A stretch of 64,000 nt of DNA from Blastocatellia bacterium (GTDB lineage Bacteria > Acidobacteriota > Blastocatellia > UBA7656): contig CAVXWP010000002.1 in the NCBI GenBank assembly GCA_963765495.1, positions 480,001 to 544,000 of the forward strand. The letters run 5' to 3'. The notes beneath the pieces were generated by a model. The model was given only the letters and a program-made list of their open reading frames with translations, was not told the origin of the DNA and made no database searches. Position numbers and translations under genes: made by a program. This document shows, in pieces, positions 46,858 to 55,810 of this stretch (the first letter of the stretch is position 1; each line of letters opens with the position of its first letter).

Positions 46858-48612
46858 ATGCAAACAGTAGATGAACTGGAAATAAGTTACACCCAATTAG
46901 AGAGTCCAAAGATCAAGACCCGGCTCACTCTGTTTGACAGGCTCGAACAGAGAAAGACGATTCTATTGATCGCGATGGTCGCTCTGGCCTTTTGCGTACG
47001 CGTCTACAGGCTGGACGAAGCGGGGCTTGCCGAAGATGAAGCCAACAAAATATTTGCCGTCCGCGTCTATCATCAGGGCGACTTCACGGTGAATTCCGAA
47101 CACCCTATGGTGATGAAGATGTTGAGCTTCATCTCTCTGGAGTTGAGCGATGTATGGAACCGTCTGATCAGGGGACGAGCGGGACTCGCCATCGCGGAAG
47201 AGACGGCCTTGAGACTGCCCAATGTGTTATTCGGGGCGCTCACCGTCATTCCTTTGTTGCTGTTTACGACCGCGATTCTGGGCTTCCGCGTGGGGCTTAT
47301 CAGTTCCCTTCTCTGGACGCTCGGGCTAAACGCCATCTGGTTCAACCGCGTAGGCAAGGAAGACACGTTGCTGGTCTTCTTTATGTTCGTGGGTTTCTAT
47401 TTTTACTACAGGGCGAAATCCGAGCCCGCTTCAAACCCGGCGGGCGAGGAGAAATTCTTCGCGCTTGCAGGCATGGCTTTCGGGTTGATGCTGGCGTCAA
47501 AGTATTTCCCGCATTTTCTTGGGCTGAGCGCCCTGTTTTACAACATAATAGGAAACGACAGCCAAAACAATCGCCCGAAATCGGGCCGCATCAAGCTCAT
47601 CTTTTTCGGCTCTATTATTCTATCCATAGCCATCTTCAACTGGGCCGCCTTTGTTCCGCAAACGTGGCGTTATCTGCTTGCCTGGCTCCGCGAAGATTTG
47701 CTGACACACCACGGCTACAGGATAGGGGATTCGCTTTATCCGAACGACTTAACGGATACGCCCGGCGGGATGCCCTGGTACTTTTATTTTCTGTATCTGG
47801 GGGTCAAGATCCCGCTCCCTCTCCTTATAGCCTTTGCCGTGGGTGTCTTCGAAATATTCCGCCGCCGCATTCAGCCCGATGCCCCTGTGGATAAGCCCGG
47901 CTTTTACGGGCGAGGATATCTTTTCTTGCGGATGATGGTTTTCTTATGGCTTATTCCGATGGCAATAATGGGAGCCAAGTTTTTGCGCTACACGCTCACC
48001 TTGATGCCTTTCGTTTATATGACGGCGGCGGTCGGCATAGTAGTCATCTGGCGCGTGATTGCAGGTTGGATGAAGAGACTATCTTTTGAGCAAAGAATCG
48101 CGCGAATCGCCATAGCAACAACCGTGGTCGCTGTTTTCATAGTTGCGCCCTCGATTGCCACGCTGAACAGCCTGCCAACTCCGAGCCTGTTTATGAATGC
48201 GATAGGAGGCAACCGCGCGGGCTATTTCTTTCCTCACGACGAATTCTATGATCTGGGCGCGAGAGAGAGCATAAAGTACATTGCCGACAATGCGCCGGAG
48301 GGCATCACTATTGCCAGCGAAGTACCCGGTGTCGTGCAGTACTACCTCCAGAAGTACAACCGGACCGATATAAAATCACTGGCGATCTCACATCCTGAAT
48401 TCAGTCTTGCCCGAAGCCGTCCTTATTACGTTTTGTTGCAGCCGGGACGGGTCTATTTCGAAAATCAAGAAATCTTCAAATTTATCGAGCGCACATATCC
48501 GGTCGTGCAGGCCAGCACTTACGAGGGCGTAGCCGCGTCTCAGGTTTACAAGGTGACGGATGGCGGCCCGCCCGATGCAGGGATGGCGGCAGGCCGCCAA
48601 TCACTCAGATGA
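46858..48612 (+). CDS. GT-C fold (ArnT/PMT-like) polyprenyl-phosphate-sugar glycosyltransferase
   Basis: DE motif after TM1 (AEDEA), EHP, LRLPNVLFG, ASKY and PWYFY, many TM helices. Confidence 0.85.
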   Translation: MQTVDELEISYTQLESPKIKTRLTLFDRLEQRKTILLIAMVALAFCVRVYRLDEAGLAEDEANKIFAVRVYHQGDFTVNSEHPMVMKMLSFISLELSDVWNRLIRGRAGLAIAEETALRLPNVLFGALTVIPLLLFTTAILGFRVGLISSLLWTLGLNAIWFNRVGKEDTLLVFFMFVGFYFYYRAKSEPASNPAGEEKFFALAGMAFGLMLASKYFPHFLGLSALFYNIIGNDSQNNRPKSGRIKLIFFGSIILSIAIFNWAAFVPQTWRYLLAWLREDLLTHHGYRIGDSLYPNDLTDTPGGMPWYFYFLYLGVKIPLPLLIAFAVGVFEIFRRRIQPDAPVDKPGFYGRGYLFLRMMVFLWLIPMAIMGAKFLRYTLTLMPFVYMTAAVGIVVIWRVIAGWMKRLSFEQRIARIAIATTVVAVFIVAPSIATLNSLPTPSLFMNAIGGNRAGYFFPHDEFYDLGARESIKYIADNAPEGITIASEVPGVVQYYLQKYNRTDIKSLAISHPEFSLARSRPYYVLLQPGRVYFENQEIFKFIERTYPVVQASTYEGVAASQVYKVTDGGPPDAGMAAGRQSLR

Positions 48613-49502
48613 AGCGGTTAATTATAAACGCGGATGATTTTGGATTCACGCCCGGAGTTAACGCCGGGATTGTCCGGGCGTTTCAGGAAGGCATTTTGAC
48701 AAGCACTACCATAATGGCCAACGGCGAAGCCTTCGATGATGCGGTGACGCTTGCCCTCGCAAATCCCGGCCTCGGAGTGGGCTGTCATCTGGCAGTTGTA
48801 GGAGGCCGCCCCGTAGCCCCAACGCGCGAGGTCGCTTCACTGGTAGATGAAAACGGATTTATGCCTGCCACCCTGACACAATTGATGATGAAGATGGCAC
48901 GCGGCGCCGTTCAAACAACAGACATAGAACGTGAATTCCGCGCTCAGATCGAGCGGGTAGTAAAAGCAGGCATAAAGCCTTCTCACCTCGACACTCATAA
49001 ACACACGCATATGCATCCGCGAGTAATGAAAGCGCTTGCGCGGGTAGCCGTTGAATACGGCATCACGAGCATTCGCAATCCCTTCGAGAATATTCAGGGT
49101 CCCCGACCGACAGGCGATGCCGCTCGCGCTCAAAGGCGCGCCTATTTCAAACAATATATCATCTCGCTTGCCGTCAAAGGGCAGGCATGGCGATTCAACC
49201 GCGTAGTCCGGTCCAATCAATTGCGAACGCCGGATAACTTTTTCGGCGTCGCCCTGACCGGGTTGCTCGATAGCTCGGCGGTTCATCAAATAATCGGTTC
49301 GGTGAAAGAGGGTACGACCGAGTTGATGTGCCATCCGGGCATCTGTGACCGGGCACTTGAACAGGCGACAACGCGCCTGAAGCACGAACGCGAGCGAGAG
49401 CTTGAAGCCCTCACCGAACCTGCTCTGCGGCGCTTTGCTTTAGAGCAAGGAATAGAATTAATCAGCTACAAGGAATTTGAGTATCACCATGTTGGAAATT
49501 GA
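48609..49502 (+). CDS. YdjC/ChbG/HpnK family deacetylase
   Basis: INADDFG, GVGCHL, HLDTHKHTH and ELMCHPG motifs. Confidence 0.92.
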   Translation: MKRLIINADDFGFTPGVNAGIVRAFQEGILTSTTIMANGEAFDDAVTLALANPGLGVGCHLAVVGGRPVAPTREVASLVDENGFMPATLTQLMMKMARGAVQTTDIEREFRAQIERVVKAGIKPSHLDTHKHTHMHPRVMKALARVAVEYGITSIRNPFENIQGPRPTGDAARAQRRAYFKQYIISLAVKGQAWRFNRVVRSNQLRTPDNFFGVALTGLLDSSAVHQIIGSVKEGTTELMCHPGICDRALEQATTRLKHERERELEALTEPALRRFALEQGIELISYKEFEYHHVGN

Positions 49503-50511
49503 AGGAGTCTATCCGAAGTATTCCGTAGTCATCCCTTTTCACAATGAACAGGAGAGCATAGAAGAACTCTACATCAGGCTTTCGGATGTGATGAGCGGGC
49601 GATTTGAGCCTGTCGAGTTCATCTTCATTGATGACCATAGCACGGATGCCACGGCCCGAATTCTGGCCAGAATAGCCGGGCAGGACCCTCGCGTAGTCGT
49701 GATCCGATTGAAGCGCAACTACGGCCAGACCGTGGCGCTTGCAGCCGGGTTCGATTACGCCGAAGGCGATGTAATCATCTCAATGGATGGCGACCTGCAA
49801 CACGACCCTGCCGATGTTCCCCTATTTATTTCAGAGTATGAAAGAACGGAGTGCGACATCGTAAGCGGGTGGCGAAAGAAACGAGTTGACAACTTTCTGC
49901 TGCGCCGATTCCCTTCGAGAGTAGCCAACTGGCTGATGGCGAAATTGTCCGGCGTAAACATCCACGACTTCGGCACCACATTCAAACTATATCGCAAAGA
50001 CACGATCAAGCAGATAAGGCTTTACGGAGATATGCACCGATTTATCCCGGCGCTCGCGTCGTGGGACGGAGCTACGATAACAGAGGTGCCGATTCGCAAC
50101 ATAGAGCGCCCGGGCGGGCAATCACATTACGGGTTGTCGAGGACCGTGCGCGTCCTGTTCGATCTGATTACGATCAGATTTTTGCTGAAATATGTGACGC
50201 GGCCTTTGCATTTTTTTGGCCCTCCCGGGTTGCTCAGCACAACGGTCGGGATATTGATAACCTGTTTCCTGCTGATAAAAAAGGCACTCTACAGCATTGA
50301 TCTTATGGACCATCACGGCCCCATCATGTTGCTGGGAGCGGTGCTCATCATCGCAGGGATTCAGCTAATCACTTCCGGGTTGATCGGAGAGATATTGAGC
50401 CGTACCTATTTCGAATCTCAGGGCAAGACCATCTACTCAATTGAAAAGATCACAAAATCGAGTGGGGCTCCACCCGTTGTGCAGCCCCCTGATTACGCAG
50501 ACAAGTTTTGA
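49489..50511 (+). CDS. GT2 polyprenyl-phosphate glycosyltransferase (ArnC/GtrB/DPM1-like)
   Basis: VIPFHNE, DDHSTD, NYGQ, MDGDLQHDP, HRFIP and two C-terminal TM helices. Confidence 0.9.
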   Translation: MLEIEGVYPKYSVVIPFHNEQESIEELYIRLSDVMSGRFEPVEFIFIDDHSTDATARILARIAGQDPRVVVIRLKRNYGQTVALAAGFDYAEGDVIISMDGDLQHDPADVPLFISEYERTECDIVSGWRKKRVDNFLLRRFPSRVANWLMAKLSGVNIHDFGTTFKLYRKDTIKQIRLYGDMHRFIPALASWDGATITEVPIRNIERPGGQSHYGLSRTVRVLFDLITIRFLLKYVTRPLHFFGPPGLLSTTVGILITCFLLIKKALYSIDLMDHHGPIMLLGAVLIIAGIQLITSGLIGEILSRTYFESQGKTIYSIEKITKSSGAPPVVQPPDYADKF

Positions 50512-50528
50512 GTGTGGACGCGCGCTCA

Positions 50529-51344
50529 TCAGTCTTCGATGATGAAGTAATCGGCGCGAGAAAGCGTAGTCTGTGAGCTTGCCGGGCGCGGAAGTTCTAC
50601 ACGGTCGCGGCGGATCTTGTTTGAGATCACTACCGGGGGTTGCTCACCATAATCAAGCAGGGCGTGGAAGGGCAAGCTGTCGAACCGTTCCGAACCCTCC
50701 GAGTGTCTGAGGATGCTTTCGCCTTGCGGGCCGCTGAGGGTTTCAAACAATTCAACGCCACGCAAATGGCCGCGATTATCCACCACGACAACAGGGATCA
50801 TCTCCGCCTGCCCGCCGTCGGAAGGCTGCTCCAACACGCGACGCTCCATCTCGCGCAGTTGATCTTTTTTCTCGTTGAGCAGATCGGAAAGCTTCAGGAG
50901 CATCTCCTCACTGAGGTTTTCGATTTCAGGCTTCTCCCGGGCAAAGAGGGTCTCTTCCCAATCACGAATCATATCCCATGCCCGCTCGGGAATTTCGGCC
51001 TGTTCGGATTGGGCCGGATTATACCGGGCGGCAATCTGTTCAACGCGCGAATACTCGGCCAATTCCTCGATGCACCTCTGGCAGGTAGCCACGTGCGCGG
51101 CCGTTTTCGGGTCGTGTTCGCCATAGAAGAGCGTAGCCAGCCGGCTCACATCCGGGTGGGATTCCGGGATTTGAGACTTGAGATTTGCGGCTTGAGACTT
51201 GAGGGCGCGCACGATTTCTGCCACCGATTCGCACTCGGGGCATTCGGATATGTGCTGTTTGATCTCCTCTTCGGAGCGATCATCAAGACCGCCGTTAAGA
51301 TAATCAAATAATTGGGTGTCGGGATGCGTTGACTTACTCTCCAT
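50529..51344 (-). CDS. Soluble anti-sigma-like protein with two ZAS-like motifs
   Basis: H..DYLNG..HISECPEC and HP..HVATCQRC, no TM helix, downstream of an ECF sigma gene. Confidence 0.7.
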   Translation of the reverse strand: MESKSTHPDTQLFDYLNGGLDDRSEEEIKQHISECPECESVAEIVRALKSQAANLKSQIPESHPDVSRLATLFYGEHDPKTAAHVATCQRCIEELAEYSRVEQIAARYNPAQSEQAEIPERAWDMIRDWEETLFAREKPEIENLSEEMLLKLSDLLNEKKDQLREMERRVLEQPSDGGQAEMIPVVVVDNRGHLRGVELFETLSGPQGESILRHSEGSERFDSLPFHALLDYGEQPPVVISNKIRRDRVELPRPASSQTTLSRADYFIIED

Positions 51345-51366
51345 ACTTCACCTGAATCGATAATGA

Positions 51367-52077
51367 TTATGTGCCGGAAACCTTTGGGGGGTTGCCAAGC
51401 AACTGCTCGGCCGATGTAATGCCATGCTCTTCGAGCCAGTTCATCAACCTGACGCGCAGGCGGCGGGCTCGCTGATAGACCAGATCTTCAGAGATATCGT
51501 ACTTTTCCGAAATCTCTTTGGCACCCAGTCCACCGATTATGTACTCGTTCACAATCATTCCGTCTTTCCAATCGCGACAGACATCTTCAAGCAGGCTGTC
51601 TACGATCTTTCTCTGCTCGCGATTGAGCATGCGCGTTTCGGGCGAAGGCTCCCTCGAAGGCGCGGAGTCAATCGCCGTAGGCAGGTCCGAATCCGGGTCA
51701 GCCATCCGGCGTGGATTCCACGACTTGTCGCGGCGCACTCGTCTGATCGTATCGATCATCTCGCTGCTCGCGATCCTTGCAATAAAGCTTGAGAGTTTCC
51801 CTTCTCTGCGCCATTGCACCAGACCCCTGTAAACCTTGAAGACCACCCGCGAAATCACATCGTCGGCAGAATCCCAGGCAGGGAAATTATACCTGGAGCT
51901 ACGCACAACGTGATTTATCAGCCATTGATAGCGGCCCAAAATCGCTTCGAAACAGAGATGTGCCCTCTGGCGGTCGCTCTTAGCGTGCTCCAGAAACTGG
52001 TCTACAAGCTCCTCATCATCCAAATTGTCGAGCAGGCTTTTATCAGCCCTGTCTTCCGATCCTATCTGGTCCGACAT
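51367..52077 (-). CDS. Divergent ECF sigma-70 factor
   Basis: ADDVISRVVFKVYRGL..LSSFIARIA region 2 and AKEISEKYDISEDLVYQRARRLR HTH. Confidence 0.85.
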   Translation of the reverse strand: MSDQIGSEDRADKSLLDNLDDEELVDQFLEHAKSDRQRAHLCFEAILGRYQWLINHVVRSSRYNFPAWDSADDVISRVVFKVYRGLVQWRREGKLSSFIARIASSEMIDTIRRVRRDKSWNPRRMADPDSDLPTAIDSAPSREPSPETRMLNREQRKIVDSLLEDVCRDWKDGMIVNEYIIGGLGAKEISEKYDISEDLVYQRARRLRVRLMNWLEEHGITSAEQLLGNPPKVSGT

Positions 52078-52198
52078 GCGCTACCTTATTTCCGTTTCTG
52101 AATGTCCGGTAACCGGCGAGCGCATTTTATCATCCTGACTGATTTGCTGAAAGCCCGGTCGGCTAGACGGGGGGTGAAAGAAATGCCTGACAGGAGAC

Positions 52199-52294
52199 GT
52201 GATGCGTGAAGAGTGATCCGTGATTTACAAGGATTGAAAGGTGTCTTAAACCTGCGGCCTAGCTGAAAATCACGGATCACTCTTCACGCATCAC
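52199..52294. repeat. Heptamer inverted-repeat element, family A
   Basis: Perfect 28-bp arms at 52199-52226 and 52267-52294. The right arm encodes the last codons and stop of the serine hydrolase. Confidence 0.92.
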
Positions 52295-53215
52295 TCTTGA
52301 AATATCGGCAATCAATTTGTGGGCGCGAGGTTCGCTTTCGATGCCCCGCGTTAAGACTACCAGGACGTAGGGTTTGCGATGAGGCGGAAAAACTATGGCG
52401 GCATCGTGATTGATCCCGGTAATCGATCCGGTCTTGTGAGCGACCAGGAAAGTCGCTGGCAATCCCGAGGGGATACCTTCGTTGAACTGCTGTTTGAGCA
52501 GTATCTTTATCATCTTGTTTGATGCATCGGCAGATACGGCTCGACGCTCGGCTATCAATCGCAGGATAATCAACAGGTCGCGGGCCGTCGTCGTATTATT
52601 CATCCCGCGCTCGTAGGCTTTGCCGTCTTCAACGCCGCGCAGTACGCGAATATTTGCGGCTCCTATCTGGCGCATCAACTCCATAACGCGCGGGGCCTTT
52701 ATCCGGTCTATCAAAATATTGGTAGCCAGATTGCTGCTTGAGACTATCATCAATCGAACAAGCTCGCGTATGGTCTCCTTCTGTTCGACCATTTTATAAA
52801 GCGATTGCTCGGAATCGCTATCGGGTGAAATCGAGAAATGAGTGCCGTCGGCTATGCTGACGAAATCATTTTTTATAGTTATGGATTGATCGAGCGAGAG
52901 CTTGCCCTGACTCTCCTGGCGAAAGACCTCCATCATTACAGGAATCTTCATCGTACTTGCCGCGTGAAAGCTCTCATCAGCATTGATCATTATCTGGTTG
53001 CCGTTTGCAAAGTCGTAAAAGGCCACGGCCACCATTTCGGCTCCGCTTTCGCCAATCAGCCTCTCTATATTTTCGCGCCAGTCATCAAGACCTGCCGGGC
53101 CGGATTGGTAAGCAGAAACGGAGAGCGAGCAAACAATAAAGGCAGAGATAAGCGCGACACAGGCAAAGGCACGAACATAAAAGAGAAGTCGGGTTGCGCT
53201 TGGACAGGTTCGCAT
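52277..53215 (-). CDS. Class A beta-lactamase-related serine hydrolase
   Basis: AASTMK (SxxK), SSN (SxN) and HKTG motifs, signal peptide. Confidence 0.88.
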   Translation of the reverse strand: MRTCPSATRLLFYVRAFACVALISAFIVCSLSVSAYQSGPAGLDDWRENIERLIGESGAEMVAVAFYDFANGNQIMINADESFHAASTMKIPVMMEVFRQESQGKLSLDQSITIKNDFVSIADGTHFSISPDSDSEQSLYKMVEQKETIRELVRLMIVSSSNLATNILIDRIKAPRVMELMRQIGAANIRVLRGVEDGKAYERGMNNTTTARDLLIILRLIAERRAVSADASNKMIKILLKQQFNEGIPSGLPATFLVAHKTGSITGINHDAAIVFPPHRKPYVLVVLTRGIESEPRAHKLIADISRVMREE

Positions 53216-53218
53216 AAT

Positions 53219-53641
53219 TCAGGAGCGTTTCAGGGCGCGGGCCATCAAACCGAGTCCGGCTGCAAAAAGCGTCAGCATCAGGATGGTATTGAACAGACTT
53301 GTGCGCTCAAAATAGATTTGCAGATTGGCCAGTATGCCTACGAATATTATCACCGCGCCGCCGCCTGCCAGCAGCCACCCGGCTATGGATTTTCCATTGA
53401 AAAAGAGCAGACCTATTCCGATAACAAGCGGTATCAGCGTAAGCCCGAAGGTGTTGCCGCCCCACCACGCCCAGTAACCGCTGGTTACCTGCACCTGATT
53501 CAAGATCAGGTATCCGCCGGCGATGGCCAGCGCAAGCCCGAACAGAAACATCCCGGTTCCGCCCGGCGTGCCGCCCGGCCCCTCGAATTTACGGGGGCCG
53601 CTCTCTTTATCGGTATCCGATTCATCCATCATAGGTTTCAT
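53219..53641 (-). CDS. Small 4-TM membrane protein
   Basis: GPGGTPGG motif followed by four hydrophobic helices. Start placed 8 nt after a -10 box. Confidence 0.75.
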   Translation of the reverse strand: MKPMMDESDTDKESGPRKFEGPGGTPGGTGMFLFGLALAIAGGYLILNQVQVTSGYWAWWGGNTFGLTLIPLVIGIGLLFFNGKSIAGWLLAGGGAVIIFVGILANLQIYFERTSLFNTILMLTLFAAGLGLMARALKRS

Positions 53642-53649
53642 TGGCCGGA

Positions 53650-53678
53650 AGATTATCATTGTGCGCGCCGCCGGTCAA
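53650..53678 (-). promoter_or_regulatory. Sigma-70 promoter, probably leaderless transcript
   Basis: Minus-strand TTGACC-N17-TAATCT with extended TG. The ATG lies 8 nt downstream with no SD. Confidence 0.65.
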
Positions 53679-53784
53679 TAATCGATCTCAACGGCTTGCT
53701 GATGCGAAAAATTGGAACTAACCTTGAGCAGCGGCTTTGAATTTGTGTGGAGCAGACTTTCAGGCCACCTTTGAAGGAGCGATT

Positions 53785-54435
53785 ATGATAAGTCATTCGA
53801 GGTTATTGATTGCGCTTTTTACTATTACGTTGATATTTGCGCTAAGAGTGGCGGGTGCGGCTCAGGAGTCATCCGGCCAGGACACGACGAGAAAGCCGCG
53901 TCCTTCCCGCTCAGATCAAAAACCCGCCGATGAGACGGTCGTAAAAGACGACGCGGAAAATGCACTTGAAACCACTGACCAGGCAATGCGCCGTGTGATG
54001 GTGCGCCTGTCGGATCAGATAGGACTGCTCACGAATGAGGTCAAACGACTTCGCAAAGAGACCGAGCGCAATTCACAAACGATGGAGCTTTTGCTTTTGG
54101 AAGAGCGTCTCGCAAGAGTCGAATCAAAACTCGAAGATGCGCAGGACCAGAAATATCAATTCGATGCGCAGGAACTCGACATTCAGCGCCGCCAGCAAAA
54201 CATCCAGCAGGAGGTGATGTTGAGAGGCGGATTGCGGCGCGATGAAGCCGAACGGGCCATCCGCGCAGAGTTCCAGCGCGCCCTGGAAAACATCCACAAA
54301 CAGCAGGAGTTTTACGAGCAGCGCATAGCCGAACTCCAGGCCGAAGCCGAACGCCTCCGCCTGCGCGTGCAAACTCTCAGATTAAAGCTTGAACCGCCAG
54401 ACGAGCCAAAAGAGCCGTCTCAGCAACAGGACTGA
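53785..54435 (+). CDS. Secreted long coiled-coil protein
   Basis: SD AAGGAG, signal peptide (AGA-AQ), Q/E/R-rich heptads. Confidence 0.75.
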   Translation: MISHSRLLIALFTITLIFALRVAGAAQESSGQDTTRKPRPSRSDQKPADETVVKDDAENALETTDQAMRRVMVRLSDQIGLLTNEVKRLRKETERNSQTMELLLLEERLARVESKLEDAQDQKYQFDAQELDIQRRQQNIQQEVMLRGGLRRDEAERAIRAEFQRALENIHKQQEFYEQRIAELQAEAERLRLRVQTLRLKLEPPDEPKEPSQQQD

Positions 54436-54459
54436 GGCGATATCCTGTCGCCAAAACGA

Positions 54460-55707
54460 TCAGCGATCAACAATCGTTACCTTGCATGGAATCTCGACCC
54501 GGGGGTTCTGCGGATCATCCGTATCTACTCGCAGGACTCCATTGTATCTCCCCGCGACAGGATGGCTTTCCGGGTTCCACTCTATCTTGACGACATAATT
54601 GCTGCCCTCGACGACGGTTTGCAGACTCAGTCTGAGGAAAGGAAGCGATGACTCGAGTTTGATCGGATGGAATGTGCCTGCAAGCTTTCTTATACCTGCT
54701 CTCCCGAGTCTCGGACTGAACGTATTGAGATTCGATAAAGAAACCTTGCCAAGATCGACCACATCGGGCGTATGAACCAGGCTTTCACCCAAAACGTTGA
54801 GGGATAGCTCTATCGCCAGCCCTTCGGAATCCGCCCCTTCGGGCTTGAGAAGGATCGGCACAGAGCGAGTACCCGCCTCGCTCATCGGATCAACATCAAC
54901 GCTCAATTTGTAGCCGTTCCCCTCGTCGCTCAGTTTATATTTAACCGTTCCGGCAGCACCGGAGGTCAGTAGCAGTTTCCGAGCCTCCTCGCCTGCGGGC
55001 CTTATTCTGAGCCAGAAGCTGAAAGCTTTGCCTCGCTCAAGCGTGATTGCCGGGTGAGCCGATGGCCAGATTTTGAAATCGCCGGAGGGCTCGCCAAACT
55101 GGGTATTGGCATTGGCAATGCGCTTAACAAAATCTGGAAGAGCGATTATCACGCCAAAGACCCTCAGTTTTATAACCGGGTGGCTCGGGTCGTTGGTCAG
55201 CAACTCGAAGTTTTGCTCCAGAGGGCCAACTTTGTCTGCGACGTGAATTGCTATGCGAATGGTGCCAGCCTGACCAGGCTGTATGACTTTTGGAAAGTAA
55301 AAGTCAACCGCGCTACATCAGACGGGCGACCGGGGCGCGAGAGAAAACTTTGCCTGGAAGAGGTCAAAGCGAATCGCGGCGCGGGGTTTGGCCGATTTTT
55401 TGATTGACGCCTTTCGAGTTGCGGGTGTTTCGGCTTGAGAGAGTTCAAGAGGCGCGGCCCCGGCATTCTTCACCACGAACAATTGCATGAGTTCTTCGCC
55501 TACGACTACTTCGCCGAGGTCTTTACTCCCTGCGCCCATAACGAGCAGCGGCAGACTCGAAGCAGATTGCTGCCGTTGGCCCCTGGCTTCGGCAGTAATA
55601 AAAGGTAAGGCGGGCAGCAGCAATGCCATGAAGAAGGCTAAAGAGCGCAGAGCGCCGTAGCGTAAAATGCTCGGGTGTGACATTGAATGGAGCGATCGTT
55701 CCGGCAT
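54460..55707 (-). CDS. Exported DUF1573-like (Ig-fold) protein interrupted by one in-frame TGA at 55318-55320 (recoded gene or nonsense pseudogene)
   Basis: ORFs 55318..55707 and 54460..55203 are in the same frame. The sequence between them is open: ...RSPV*CSAVDFYFPKVIQPGQAGTIRIAIHVADKVGPLEQNFELLTNDP..., which completes the DUF1573 pattern begun by DLGEV..F..KNAGAAPLEL. Confidence 0.7.
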
Positions 55708-55810
55708 GATTAAAAACGTATACAGTTTGAGCGCGTCAGGGTTTAAGTTCTTTCACACGCGCTCATCTGAGATTTCACAAGTCTCAAATCTCGGCTTGTA
55801 CAGAACGATT

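Noticed and set aside
16114-52294. Heptamer and IR elements as CRISPR arrays
   Set aside because: There are no regularly spaced 23-47-bp direct repeats with unique spacers and no cas genes.
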